Shown here: positions 27,816 to 37,438 of the stretch, piece after piece
How positions within the stretch are numbered: position 1 is the first letter of the stretch
Layout: each line of letters starts with the position of its first letter
Source of the DNA: Candidatus Magasanikiibacteriota bacterium
Lineage (GTDB): Bacteria; Patescibacteriota; Patescibacteriia; Magasanikbacterales; GWA2-37-8
Direction: 5' to 3'
Assembly: GCA_943359595.1 (NCBI GenBank)
Contig: CALRIA010000002.1
Coordinates: 10,417 to 74,416 of the forward strand
Length of the DNA: 64,000 bases
Notes under the pieces: model-generated
What the model saw: only the letters and a program-made list of their open reading frames with translations
What the model was told of the DNA's origin: nothing
The model's database searches: none
Program-made: the position numbers and the translations under genes

Positions 27816-29669
27816 TTAAAAAGATAATAGATTATTTGGATTAGGGTCAAACTTCCAATTTTCTGGTATATTTTGAGCTAAAAATTTGGTGAGTTGTTTA
27901 TATTTTTCAAAGCTGATTTTTACCACTATTCCGTGCCAGTGTAGCCCCCGAGCGTAGCTAGGAGAAAACGGCAAAGGATTGGATATTATAATCTCATGAC
28001 GGTCTTTAGTCAATGTCTGCAAGTATTTAAAAAGATTATTGGCTGCCAACTTGGATACTTCCATGGTTTTTTCGCCGTTATATAGTCGGATTAGGTAGTT
28101 AAAAGGCGGATAATTAAATAATTTGCGTTCTTGTAGTTCTTTATCATAGAACCGCTGTGGATATGCTAGATTAGAAAAAATATGATGTTCTACATGCCCA
28201 GTCTGTATCAACAAACGGGCGGTTGGTAATAGGTGATATTGGGCATTGCGCAATTGCCCCCATAAATTTTCAGCCATTTTGTATTCAGGTATAAATAAAG
28301 AGCTATCAGCATCAATAAAAGCCATTAATTTAATTTTGCTCCAATCTATTTTATTCCAGGCAATTTGAGTACCGATGATAATTTTATCACCAATAAATTC
28401 TTTGTCATAAATGTCGGAAGTATCGCTATCAATTCGAATAATTTTTTTATTAAGATTATTATTTTTGGTCAACTCTTTTTCTAGCGATTGTGTTCCTACG
28501 CCATACATTACCATATTAGATCCCTGACATTTTGGGCAGGTTAAAAACATTTTATTTTTCAAATTACAGAAATGGCAATCTAGGGTAGCAGTATTTTCAT
28601 GATAAACTAAGCCACGAGAGCATTGAGCACATTTGGCCACATAACCACAGTCACGACAGCCAACATAGGCACTACTACCTTTGCGGTTTAAAAATAAGAA
28701 AATATCACCAGAATTATTTTGACTGATTGCATCTTCTAACTCTAAGCTCAAAAATCCATAATTGCGACCGCGGCGTTCTTCTTTCATATCTACAATTTCT
28801 GCATTGGTCTCAAATGACGGAATTTCTTGTTGGTTGGCATAAACATTGTGTTGGGCAAAATACCAACTTTCTACACTAGGGGTATGGGTAGTTAAGATAC
28901 ATTGTGCGCCATGCGCGTGAGCGAGCATCATCGCCGCTTCACGAGCTTGAATACGGGGGGCCATCTCAGAGTTTTTATGGTTTGGATTAGATTCATCATC
29001 TATGATGATTACTTGTAGATCACTCCATGGCATAAAAAGAGATCGGCGTGTGCCAATCACTACTTTTATTTCTTCAGTACGAATTTTAAACCACAAATCA
29101 AAAATTTCTTTTTCTGATAATTCAGCGCTGATAATAGTTGGTTGAAATTCAGCTAATAAATTTAGGTCTGTGGTTGCGTTGACTTCTGGCACCAAAATTA
29201 AAGTTTGTCCTGTACTAGATATTAATTTTTTAAATATTTCTTGGCGTTCTTTTTGATCGTGATACAATTTTATTTCTGGTTTTTTTCTAAAAGCTGGTTT
29301 TAATCGGTCGGCGTTAGAAATTTTAATTTTTTTAATTTTTGTTTTTTTTAGTGGTGGTAAGCAAGTTTGTAATATAAAACCAAGTGGTGTGTTATAAAAT
29401 TCACTTATTTCGATAGCAAAACTAAGTTGCTTTAAAGTAAGTGCTGAATTTTTCCAGACGATATTTTCGATTAATTTTAATTTTCCTCGAGCCTCTTCGC
29501 TTTCGTTTTCTGTAAATTCTGTTATCAGACCATACACTAGGCGATTGCGAAAAGGAACATTCACTAGCTGTCCAATGGTAACTTCTTTTTTTAATTGTGG
29601 TGGCACCAAATAATCCAATTCGGAAATTTTTTTAGGCATGCGGCGAATCAGTGCAACTTTAGCAATCAT
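27816..29669 (-). CDS. priA: Primosomal protein N' (PriA) with degenerate helicase motifs
   Basis: 3'-binding N-terminus (VPFRNR), LILVPE, IGTR, four CxxC pairs, LFNYPPF. Confidence 0.88.
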   Translation of the reverse strand: MIAKVALIRRMPKKISELDYLVPPQLKKEVTIGQLVNVPFRNRLVYGLITEFTENESEEARGKLKLIENIVWKNSALTLKQLSFAIEISEFYNTPLGFILQTCLPPLKKTKIKKIKISNADRLKPAFRKKPEIKLYHDQKERQEIFKKLISSTGQTLILVPEVNATTDLNLLAEFQPTIISAELSEKEIFDLWFKIRTEEIKVVIGTRRSLFMPWSDLQVIIIDDESNPNHKNSEMAPRIQAREAAMMLAHAHGAQCILTTHTPSVESWYFAQHNVYANQQEIPSFETNAEIVDMKEERRGRNYGFLSLELEDAISQNNSGDIFLFLNRKGSSAYVGCRDCGYVAKCAQCSRGLVYHENTATLDCHFCNLKNKMFLTCPKCQGSNMVMYGVGTQSLEKELTKNNNLNKKIIRIDSDTSDIYDKEFIGDKIIIGTQIAWNKIDWSKIKLMAFIDADSSLFIPEYKMAENLWGQLRNAQYHLLPTARLLIQTGHVEHHIFSNLAYPQRFYDKELQERKLFNYPPFNYLIRLYNGEKTMEVSKLAANNLFKYLQTLTKDRHEIIISNPLPFSPSYARGLHWHGIVVKISFEKYKQLTKFLAQNIPENWKFDPNPNNLLSF

Positions 29670-29675
29670 AACTTG

Positions 29676-30467
29676 TTAAATAATAAAATTGGCCGTTAAA
29701 TACCCGACCCCAAATGGCGCTTCATAAGAATGTTGACGATAAGTATAATCTACATTTTTTAATATGCCCATTAAAATTAAAAATGTCCTAAAACCACACT
29801 CTGAAGCATTATTTACAAAATCAGTGTCCAATTGTAACATGCCAGAAACATTTTTATGTGCCAATAATTCTTGAATCTTTTCGTCAAATTTAATACCGGC
29901 CGGATTAAAACCAGCGGGGGAGTTGGTAGTTAATGCGTGGGATAAGTCTCCTGAAGCGATAACCGCGACACGTTTGTTGCTATCAAGAAGTTTTTCTTTG
30001 ATCAAATACCCAAAATCTACATGAGTTTTCCAATCTAAATCACAAAAACTAATCGGAAGTATCTTTATATCTGGTAAATGTTGAGTAAGATAAAATAGTG
30101 GTACGGCGCTACCATGATCCAAAGTTGATTCTGTGATCATAGTGGTAGGAATTTTTTCTTTTTTGGTCTTCTCTCTTATTGCTGAAGATAAGTTCATTTC
30201 ACCTTTAAAATTTAATTTGGTAACAAGATCGCCAAATTCTTTTAGATCTGTATGATATTCAGGAGAAACATTGATAGTAAAAGCGTCAGGGAAATAACAG
30301 CCATGCGCGGAAAGAATAATTACTACATCTGGTTTAGCCAGATATAATTCTTCTTCCATTCTTTCCATAGCAATTTTGGTCTTATCCATTTTTTTTAAAG
30401 TATCTTTTCCGATGCTTGGGATAAGTAGTGGTGGATGTGGAGTGATAGCCGCGTAGACTAGCGACAT
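29676..30467 (-). CDS. MEMO1/LigB-like protein (AmmeMemoRadiSam protein B type)
   Basis: PHPPLLIP, LDHG, ASGDLSH, ECG, YEAPFGVGY. Confidence 0.85.
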   Translation of the reverse strand: MSLVYAAITPHPPLLIPSIGKDTLKKMDKTKIAMERMEEELYLAKPDVVIILSAHGCYFPDAFTINVSPEYHTDLKEFGDLVTKLNFKGEMNLSSAIREKTKKEKIPTTMITESTLDHGSAVPLFYLTQHLPDIKILPISFCDLDWKTHVDFGYLIKEKLLDSNKRVAVIASGDLSHALTTNSPAGFNPAGIKFDEKIQELLAHKNVSGMLQLDTDFVNNASECGFRTFLILMGILKNVDYTYRQHSYEAPFGVGYLTANFII

Positions 30468-30483
30468 ATGGTTTAATTAATAG

Positions 30484-32700
30484 TTAAGGTTTAATAGCAA
30501 GTATTGTTTTAGTAGAAGCGATCCATTCAGCCACTTTGTTTGGTTCAACAAAACGGTTCACATAATCTGGATTACCCATGGTGATGAGCACATATTGTTT
30601 TTTATCTTTATTGTTTTTAAACAACATGATTAAGTTCGATCCAGCTTCTTCTATGTAGCCAGTTTTGCTAGCAATAATTTGATAATTTTTACCTGTTTTT
30701 TCAATTAATTTGTTGGTATTCTTAATAGTGTGATTTTTGATTTTGTCTTTATTTAGTATTTCTTTAAAAGTGTAAGAAGTTAGACCGACAGAGGTTTTTA
30801 TTTTTTCGTCTTTAAAGGCTTTAACAAATATTTTTAAGAGATCGCGTGGGGTAGATTTATTTTTTTCATCAAGGCCGGTGACATCGGTGACACTAGTATT
30901 ATCCATGCCCCAAGTATCTAGATTTTTATTCATAAGTTTTATAAAGCTTGTTTCGTCGAGCCCAGTGGCTTGAGCCAACATGCGAGTTGTGTTGTTGGCC
31001 GATCCTACCAACATGGCATTAAAGGCATCTTTGGCTTTTATTTTTTCTCCGTCTTTGATATTTAAATTGCCACCTTCTACTGCGTATTTTCTTTTGCTGT
31101 AGGTAATGATGGATTCTGGTTTATATTTTTCATTAATTACTGAAAGGGCGGTGACTAATTTTGTTAATGAAGCCATTGAGCGCTGAATGTCTATATTTTT
31201 TCCAGAAATAATACGTCCGCTTGGATATTCGGCTAGCAAATAAGCTGGTAATTTTGAACCATATAAATCGCTAACGGCCATTTCAGAATCACCCAAAAAT
31301 TTATTTTTAGAATTGATTAAATTAGAATTTAAAAATATTTTTTCACCATCAGGAATTGTCATCAAAGTTTTAAAATTTACCGCAATTACATTCTCTTTTT
31401 TGTATCCCATCGCAACAAAAGTATCCGTGTCAGCTAAAAGACGCTTTTTTTCTTGTTCTATAACATATATTTGATCGCTATCCTCATCTTTTAATAATAA
31501 ACCATCCTTGATAATTGGCGCAGCATATACAATCGGAAATTCTGCTAGTTCTTTTTTCTTGTGTTTTTCAATAGGAATATTTTTGTAATTGGCGGCAAGT
31601 AGATTTTTTTCGGAAATTGGATAAAAGGTATTATCTTTAAGGAAATACAATTTATTATCCAGATCAGTGATTTGATAAATTACACCAGCTGGGGCAGTGG
31701 AGGAGACAGTAATCATTGGCCCACTGGAATAGCCGAGTAAATCCGTCGAAGAAACATCGATAGTTTCGTCTGGATAATAACCCAGTTGATGCACAGTAGC
31801 TTCTGATTCAAATGGTCGTAAAGTATCGTAATCCAATAAGAAATATTTATTTTCTTCAGTTTTTAAAATGGAATAATTGGCCAAGGAAATATCAAGTCCA
31901 GCTTCATAGTTGCTAAGTTCAGATTCTGGCACAGCCACCACCATTTTTGGATCAGCGCGAGAAATCAAAATGGCAAGATTTTTAAATCTACGTTTTTTCC
32001 CGTCTTGAATTAACCACACATCTGTGGAGGTGGAGGTAGAGTCAGCTATTTTTACCAAAGTACCATTTGGATAATTTTGACTAAACCATGTTTGCCAAAT
32101 ACGCCAGAAATTTTTGTTGCCATGTAGGTGAGGAGTATAAGTATATAAAAAAGCCGTTGCCCAACTTTGCGGGATTACCTCGGTGTTGTCGATAGATAAA
32201 AGAGAATCCTTCTTTTTGATTATTGAGTTGATTTCCTTGTTGTTGAAATACCAGCGCATAATGCCACCAGCATCATCTACCTGTTTGGCAAAGCCTTTGT
32301 GTTTGGCGACTTTTGGATCATTACGGTCGCAACTGTCACAAACAGCATAGCCAGTAGCCCAATCCAATTGTTTTTGAGCGGGCGCATCATCGGTAATGAG
32401 ACTTTGTTCTTTTTGAAGGGTAACTAATAAATATTTTGGGTTTACTTGGTTAAGTTGTGAAGAGTCAAAAATAATACCCGCCGCGGTGCGCATATTACCA
32501 ACCAGATCTTCCGCTTGATAAGTAGCCAAGTAACTGCCACGCGCTTCTAGAAAACCTTGGATATCAGAAATTGTCCAACCTTGATAGTCAAACATTTCGC
32601 TGTCAGAAATGATAAATTGAGGATTGAAATCGGCTTGAGCGGCAGCTAATTGCGGTAATAGCAACGTTAAAGCCAATAAAAAAACCGTTATTTTTCGCAT
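30484..32700 (-). CDS. Secreted multidomain D-alanyl-D-alanine carboxypeptidase (peptidase S11)
   Basis: Signal peptide. C-terminal SxxK (ASLTK), SxN (SAN) and KTG motifs. Confidence 0.85.
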   Translation of the reverse strand: MRKITVFLLALTLLLPQLAAAQADFNPQFIISDSEMFDYQGWTISDIQGFLEARGSYLATYQAEDLVGNMRTAAGIIFDSSQLNQVNPKYLLVTLQKEQSLITDDAPAQKQLDWATGYAVCDSCDRNDPKVAKHKGFAKQVDDAGGIMRWYFNNKEINSIIKKKDSLLSIDNTEVIPQSWATAFLYTYTPHLHGNKNFWRIWQTWFSQNYPNGTLVKIADSTSTSTDVWLIQDGKKRRFKNLAILISRADPKMVVAVPESELSNYEAGLDISLANYSILKTEENKYFLLDYDTLRPFESEATVHQLGYYPDETIDVSSTDLLGYSSGPMITVSSTAPAGVIYQITDLDNKLYFLKDNTFYPISEKNLLAANYKNIPIEKHKKKELAEFPIVYAAPIIKDGLLLKDEDSDQIYVIEQEKKRLLADTDTFVAMGYKKENVIAVNFKTLMTIPDGEKIFLNSNLINSKNKFLGDSEMAVSDLYGSKLPAYLLAEYPSGRIISGKNIDIQRSMASLTKLVTALSVINEKYKPESIITYSKRKYAVEGGNLNIKDGEKIKAKDAFNAMLVGSANNTTRMLAQATGLDETSFIKLMNKNLDTWGMDNTSVTDVTGLDEKNKSTPRDLLKIFVKAFKDEKIKTSVGLTSYTFKEILNKDKIKNHTIKNTNKLIEKTGKNYQIIASKTGYIEEAGSNLIMLFKNNKDKKQYVLITMGNPDYVNRFVEPNKVAEWIASTKTILAIKP

Positions 32701-32877
32701 AAATATTTTTTTAGTGCCTACTATATATATTATACGTAATTATATCATGCTTTTGTTTCACTGGTAAAGGTTTTCTACTTACTTTATTACTTCCATTATT
32801 TCACCAAAAATTTCAACTTCTACAATGTTTTACTATCGTGTGCTATGCTGATACTTTTTGGGCAGAGTTTCCGTACT

Positions 32878-33354
32878 TTACTGGTTTATCCTCTGTAAAA
32901 GTACTTCAAGTTTATCAAACATACCGTTCCATCCTTTTTTCATTTCCTCTAACATAGAATCATCATAGGGGTTGTCTCCGACCATTTTCATTGTAGTAAC
33001 GCCATTATTTACTGTTAAGCTGAATTCTACTAATGACTCTATTATTTCTTCTCCAGACATCTCATAGTGTGATGATGGAACGGGATTTCCTTGTGAATCA
33101 GTGAATGTATCCAGAAAGGATAGAAATTTTGGTTGTTCAATTGTTTGATAAACTCCTCGGCCCCAAAACTCTTTGCCATCTGAAGCTCTGTGACAATATC
33201 TAAATACTCCGCCTTTTTTTAAATCAACAGAGATATGTGATGACTCCATGCCTGTTGGAGACCACCATTTTTTCAGTTTATCTACATTAGTTAATGCTTC
33301 CCAAACCTTTTCTATTGGGGCCGATAATAAACGTTCTAAAGTTAATTTCTTCAT
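32878..33354 (-). CDS. SRPBCC/AHSA1-like ligand-binding domain protein
   Basis: APIEKVWEALT...KWWSP...GWNGMFDKL. Confidence 0.88.
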   Translation of the reverse strand: MKKLTLERLLSAPIEKVWEALTNVDKLKKWWSPTGMESSHISVDLKKGGVFRYCHRASDGKEFWGRGVYQTIEQPKFLSFLDTFTDSQGNPVPSSHYEMSGEEIIESLVEFSLTVNNGVTTMKMVGDNPYDDSMLEEMKKGWNGMFDKLEVLLQRINQ

Positions 33355-33393
33355 ATTGCCTTGGTTAAGTGTTAGTAATTTTTTATTTCCGCA

Positions 33394-36027
33394 TTATTTA
33401 AACACAATTTTTCCTTTTTCCATCTGCAAATTCACTGTCTGTCCGTCTTTTATTTTCCCATCAATTATTTGTAGTGAGAGTTCATCCAATATTTCATTTT
33501 GAATTACTCGCTTAATAGGACGAGCCCCATAAGTCGGTTCATAACCGACAGTAGCAATATGTTTTTTAACTGCTGGATCAATTTCAAGGATGATTTTCTT
33601 TTCTTGAAGACGGATTTGAATCTTAGCTAGCTGTAATTCTACAATTTGAGCGACCTGTTTTTCATTTAAAGAATGAAAAATAATTATTTCATCCAAACGA
33701 TTCAAAAATTCCGGTTTGAAATGTTCATGTAACGTGTTCATGATTTTTTCTCGCATGTTTTTTTCTTTGGTTTTAACGGTTTTGGCTGTACCGATATCAA
33801 AACCAAATTCACCATGTTTGTTGAGATTCAAAATCATCTGACTGCCGATATTGCTAGTTAAAATAATAACTGTATTTTTAAAGTTAACTAGGCGGCCTTT
33901 GGCATCTTTAATATGGCCTTCGTCTAGAATTTGTAATAAGATGTTAAAAACATCTGGATGAGCTTTTTCAATTTCATCAAATAATAATACCGCATACGGA
34001 CGACGACGAACAATTTCGGTGAGTTGGCCACCTTCTTCATAGCCCACATAGCCAGGAGGGGAGCCGATCATTTTTGAAGTACTGTGTTTTTCCATGTATT
34101 CGCTCATATCAATGCGCACTAGGGCATCATCAGTATCAAACATAAATTCAGCTAGAGCTTTGGCGAGTTCAGTCTTGCCGACCCCAGTTGGTCCAAGGAA
34201 AATAAAGGATCCAATCGGACGGTTTGGTTCGGCAATTCCAGCACGCGAACGACGAATAGCGTTTGATACCGCTTTAACTGCCTCTTCTTGGCCAATAACG
34301 CGTTTGCTAAGGACGTCCTCCATTTTGGATAATCTTTCACTTTCACCTTGCAACATTTTGGAAGCTGGAATACCCGTCCAGCGGGCGACAATCGCGGCGA
34401 TGTCTTGATCCGTCACTTCTTCCTTCAAAATGCCGTGAGTTTTTTGGATATCAGCTAGTTTGCGTTCTTCATTTTTAATATCACCCTCGAGGTTAGGAAT
34501 ACGACCATAGCGAATCTCGGCGACTTTTTGCAAATCACCACGACGTTCTTCGATTTCGGCTTGTTGTTTCAGTTTATCAATTTCTTTTTTAGTGCCGTGT
34601 ATTTTGGTAATAATTTCTTTTTCGTTATTCCACTTGGCTTCCAATTCACCACTTTTTTCTTTTAATTCTGCTAAATCTTTTTCCAATTTAGTGAGGCGTT
34701 CTTTGGATTCCAAATCAGTTTCTTTTTTTAAAGCTCTTTTTTCAATTTCAAATTTGATCATCTGACGTTTCATTTTGTCCAATTCATCTGGCATGGAATT
34801 TATTTCCAAACGCAAAGCGCTAGCGGCTTCATCCATCAAGTCGATAGCTTTATCTGGCAAAAATCTATCGGTAATATAACGATCAGATAATTTAGCGGCC
34901 GCAATAATGGCGGCATCGGTAATGCGCACACCGTGATGGACTTCATATTTTTCTTTGATTCCACGCAAAATTGCAATGGCGTCATCAAGTGACGGTTCTT
35001 TCACTAATACTGGTTGGAAACGACGTTCTAACGCCGCATCTTTTTCTATATATTTTTGAAATTCTTTTAAAGTGGTGGCACCAATGGCATGTAATTCACC
35101 GCGAGCCAACATTGGTTTTAACATGTTGGAGGCGTCCATTGAACCCTCGGAAGCGCCCGCACCGACAATCGTATGTAGTTCATCAATAAATAAAATAAAT
35201 TTACCAGCGGAGGCGTCGATTTCTTTTAAGACGGCCTTAAGACGTTCTTCAAACTCACCACGGAATTTTGTTCCCGCTAAAAGAGACCCAATATCTAGAG
35301 CAATTATTTCTTTATTTTTGAGTGATTCGGGAATATCACCATTCACAATACGTTGAGCTAATCCCTCTACTACTGCAGTCTTGCCAGTGCCAGGTTCACC
35401 GATTAACACTGGGTTGTTTTTAGTACGACGAGTTAAAATTTGCATTACGCGACGAATTTCGTCATCGCGACCTATAACCGGATCGATTTTTTCTTTACGG
35501 GCAAGATCAGTTAAATTTTTGCCATATTTTTCCAAAGCATTGTATCGAACTTCTGGTTCTGGAGAATCCACTTTTTGAGTGCCACGAATCGCCGCTAAAG
35601 CTTTGAGAGCAGACTCATAAGAAACACCTTCTTTTTGCAGGATGTCACTGATAGGATTATGGGAAGCCATTAGAGCTAAAAACAAATGTTCGACGCTAAT
35701 GTACTCGTCTCCCATTTTTTGAGCTTCGTTTCCGGCGGTCTGAAAAACATGCATCATCGCTTGACCGAGCATAATCTGTCCGGTAAAGCTTGGGGCGGCA
35801 TTGGCCTGCTTAGGAAGTTGGTCGATTGATAGCTGAGCTTGGGCGCGTAGATTGATCAACCTTGCGCCAATTTTAAGCAAAACCGAGGCGGCGATACCTT
35901 CCTCATCTTCCAGCATAGCAAAAAATAGGTGAGATGGTTCTACCTGTGGTTGGCCATTTTGAGAGGCAATTTGAGCGGATTTTTGAATTAATTCTTGTGA
36001 TTTATTAGTAAAATTTTGAGGTATCAT
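33394..36027 (-). CDS. clpB: ATP-dependent chaperone ClpB
   Basis: Two AAA modules ([16 protein letters not shown]) and a coiled-coil middle domain. Likely start at ATG 36027. Confidence 0.97.
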   Translation of the reverse strand: MIPQNFTNKSQELIQKSAQIASQNGQPQVEPSHLFFAMLEDEEGIAASVLLKIGARLINLRAQAQLSIDQLPKQANAAPSFTGQIMLGQAMMHVFQTAGNEAQKMGDEYISVEHLFLALMASHNPISDILQKEGVSYESALKALAAIRGTQKVDSPEPEVRYNALEKYGKNLTDLARKEKIDPVIGRDDEIRRVMQILTRRTKNNPVLIGEPGTGKTAVVEGLAQRIVNGDIPESLKNKEIIALDIGSLLAGTKFRGEFEERLKAVLKEIDASAGKFILFIDELHTIVGAGASEGSMDASNMLKPMLARGELHAIGATTLKEFQKYIEKDAALERRFQPVLVKEPSLDDAIAILRGIKEKYEVHHGVRITDAAIIAAAKLSDRYITDRFLPDKAIDLMDEAASALRLEINSMPDELDKMKRQMIKFEIEKRALKKETDLESKERLTKLEKDLAELKEKSGELEAKWNNEKEIITKIHGTKKEIDKLKQQAEIEERRGDLQKVAEIRYGRIPNLEGDIKNEERKLADIQKTHGILKEEVTDQDIAAIVARWTGIPASKMLQGESERLSKMEDVLSKRVIGQEEAVKAVSNAIRRSRAGIAEPNRPIGSFIFLGPTGVGKTELAKALAEFMFDTDDALVRIDMSEYMEKHSTSKMIGSPPGYVGYEEGGQLTEIVRRRPYAVLLFDEIEKAHPDVFNILLQILDEGHIKDAKGRLVNFKNTVIILTSNIGSQMILNLNKHGEFGFDIGTAKTVKTKEKNMREKIMNTLHEHFKPEFLNRLDEIIIFHSLNEKQVAQIVELQLAKIQIRLQEKKIILEIDPAVKKHIATVGYEPTYGARPIKRVIQNEILDELSLQIIDGKIKDGQTVNLQMEKGKIVFK

Positions 36028-36041
36028 AGGATAAAGTATAG

Positions 36042-36068
36042 TTAGCACTCTAATATAGAGAGTGCTAA
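36042..36068. promoter_or_regulatory. CIRCE operator (HrcA site)
   Basis: Perfect TTAGCACTC-N9-GAGTGCTAA upstream of clpB. Minus-strand TTGACA at 36092-36097. Confidence 0.95.
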
Positions 36069-36212
36069 TATAATAACATATTATATAGAACTGTCAAGCG
36101 TTATTTTTGATCACTTAATGGTTAATATTTTATCACAATTTTTGATTTTACTCTAGTTATTATTTTTTAAAAATGATATTATTATGGTGTAAGCTATAAA
36201 ATTTTAATTATT

Positions 36213-37427
36213 ATGTCGAAAAATAAATTTTTCTGGATATTAATTATTTTAGTTATAATCGGGGTAATATGGCTTAGTCATTTTTATATTTTAAATTTAC
36301 GCGGTGTCTGGACGGCTTTAAAAAAGCCTACTGCCAATATTACAAATTTGGTAGCAGAAGATAAAACTCCGTTGCAATTACCACCTGGATTTAGTTTGTC
36401 TATCTATGCTAGTGGTCTAAAAGGTCCACGTGTTATAGTGCGTGATTCTAGACGCAATTTATTGGTGAGTTTGCCAGCAGACGGTAAGGTAGTGGCCCTG
36501 GTAGATGCCGATTTGGATGGTAAAGCCGAAGAAATCAAAACAGTAATTGCTGGTCTAAAAAATCCTCATGGTTTAGCGTTTGCTTGTCTGGATAGCTCCG
36601 TGGATAAATTTCCTTGCAAACTATATATTGCCGAGGAAAACCAAGTGAAAGTATATGATTACGATGGTGGAAAACTACAAGCCATAAATGTACATAAAAT
36701 AATTGAGTTACCAACAGGTGGTTTTCATACTACCCGTAGTTTGTTGTTGGTGGGAGATTCACTATATATATCGGTAGGTTCTTCTTGTAACGTCTGTCAT
36801 GAAAAAGATAATGAACGGGCGAGTGTTCTGGTAGTTGATTTAAAAACAAATAAAGTTCGTCCATTTGTTAAAGGGTTACGTAACTCGGTATTTTTGTCTA
36901 CTAATCCAAGCGATGGAAAAATTTGGGCAACCGAAATGGGCCGAGATTTATTGGGTGATGATTTGCCACCGGACGAAATCAATATTTTAGAGGAAGGAAA
37001 AAATTATGGTTGGCCGATTTGTTATGGACAAAATATTCATGATACAGATTTTGATAAAAATATTTATTTTCGTAACCCTTGTCAAACGCCATTTGAAACA
37101 TCCGCTCATATAGATATTCCGGCTCATTCCGCACCTCTTGGCTTGGCTTTTATTCCAAGAGAAGGTTGGCCACAAAATTTTCAAGGAGACCTGTTTGTGG
37201 CTTATCATGGTTCGTGGAATCGCAGTGTGCCAACTGGTTATAAAATTGTGAAATACCATCTGAATAAAGATGGAAAAGTATCAGGGGTGGAAGATTTTTT
37301 GACTGGTTTCTTGGATAATCATGGCAATCTATATGGCCGGCCGGTAGATATATTGGTAGAACCAAGCGGTGTGATGTTTGTTTCTGACGATAAAGCTGGC
37401 GTAATATATAAAATTATGGGTAATTAA
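36213..37427 (+). CDS. PQQ-dependent sugar/sorbosone dehydrogenase family protein (beta-propeller)
   Basis: SVGSSCNVC, GLRN, NYGWP, HSAPLGLAF, HGSWNR, GRPVD. N-terminal membrane anchor. Confidence 0.88.
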   Translation: MSKNKFFWILIILVIIGVIWLSHFYILNLRGVWTALKKPTANITNLVAEDKTPLQLPPGFSLSIYASGLKGPRVIVRDSRRNLLVSLPADGKVVALVDADLDGKAEEIKTVIAGLKNPHGLAFACLDSSVDKFPCKLYIAEENQVKVYDYDGGKLQAINVHKIIELPTGGFHTTRSLLLVGDSLYISVGSSCNVCHEKDNERASVLVVDLKTNKVRPFVKGLRNSVFLSTNPSDGKIWATEMGRDLLGDDLPPDEINILEEGKNYGWPICYGQNIHDTDFDKNIYFRNPCQTPFETSAHIDIPAHSAPLGLAFIPREGWPQNFQGDLFVAYHGSWNRSVPTGYKIVKYHLNKDGKVSGVEDFLTGFLDNHGNLYGRPVDILVEPSGVMFVSDDKAGVIYKIMGN

Positions 37428-37438
37428 TTTTTTTATTT

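Noticed and set aside
33248-35578. Short antisense ORFs within clpB, and similar ones inside alaS, typA, lysS, mrdA and mreB
   Set aside because: They are opposite-strand or alternate-frame shadows of well-supported housekeeping genes and show no recognisable motifs.
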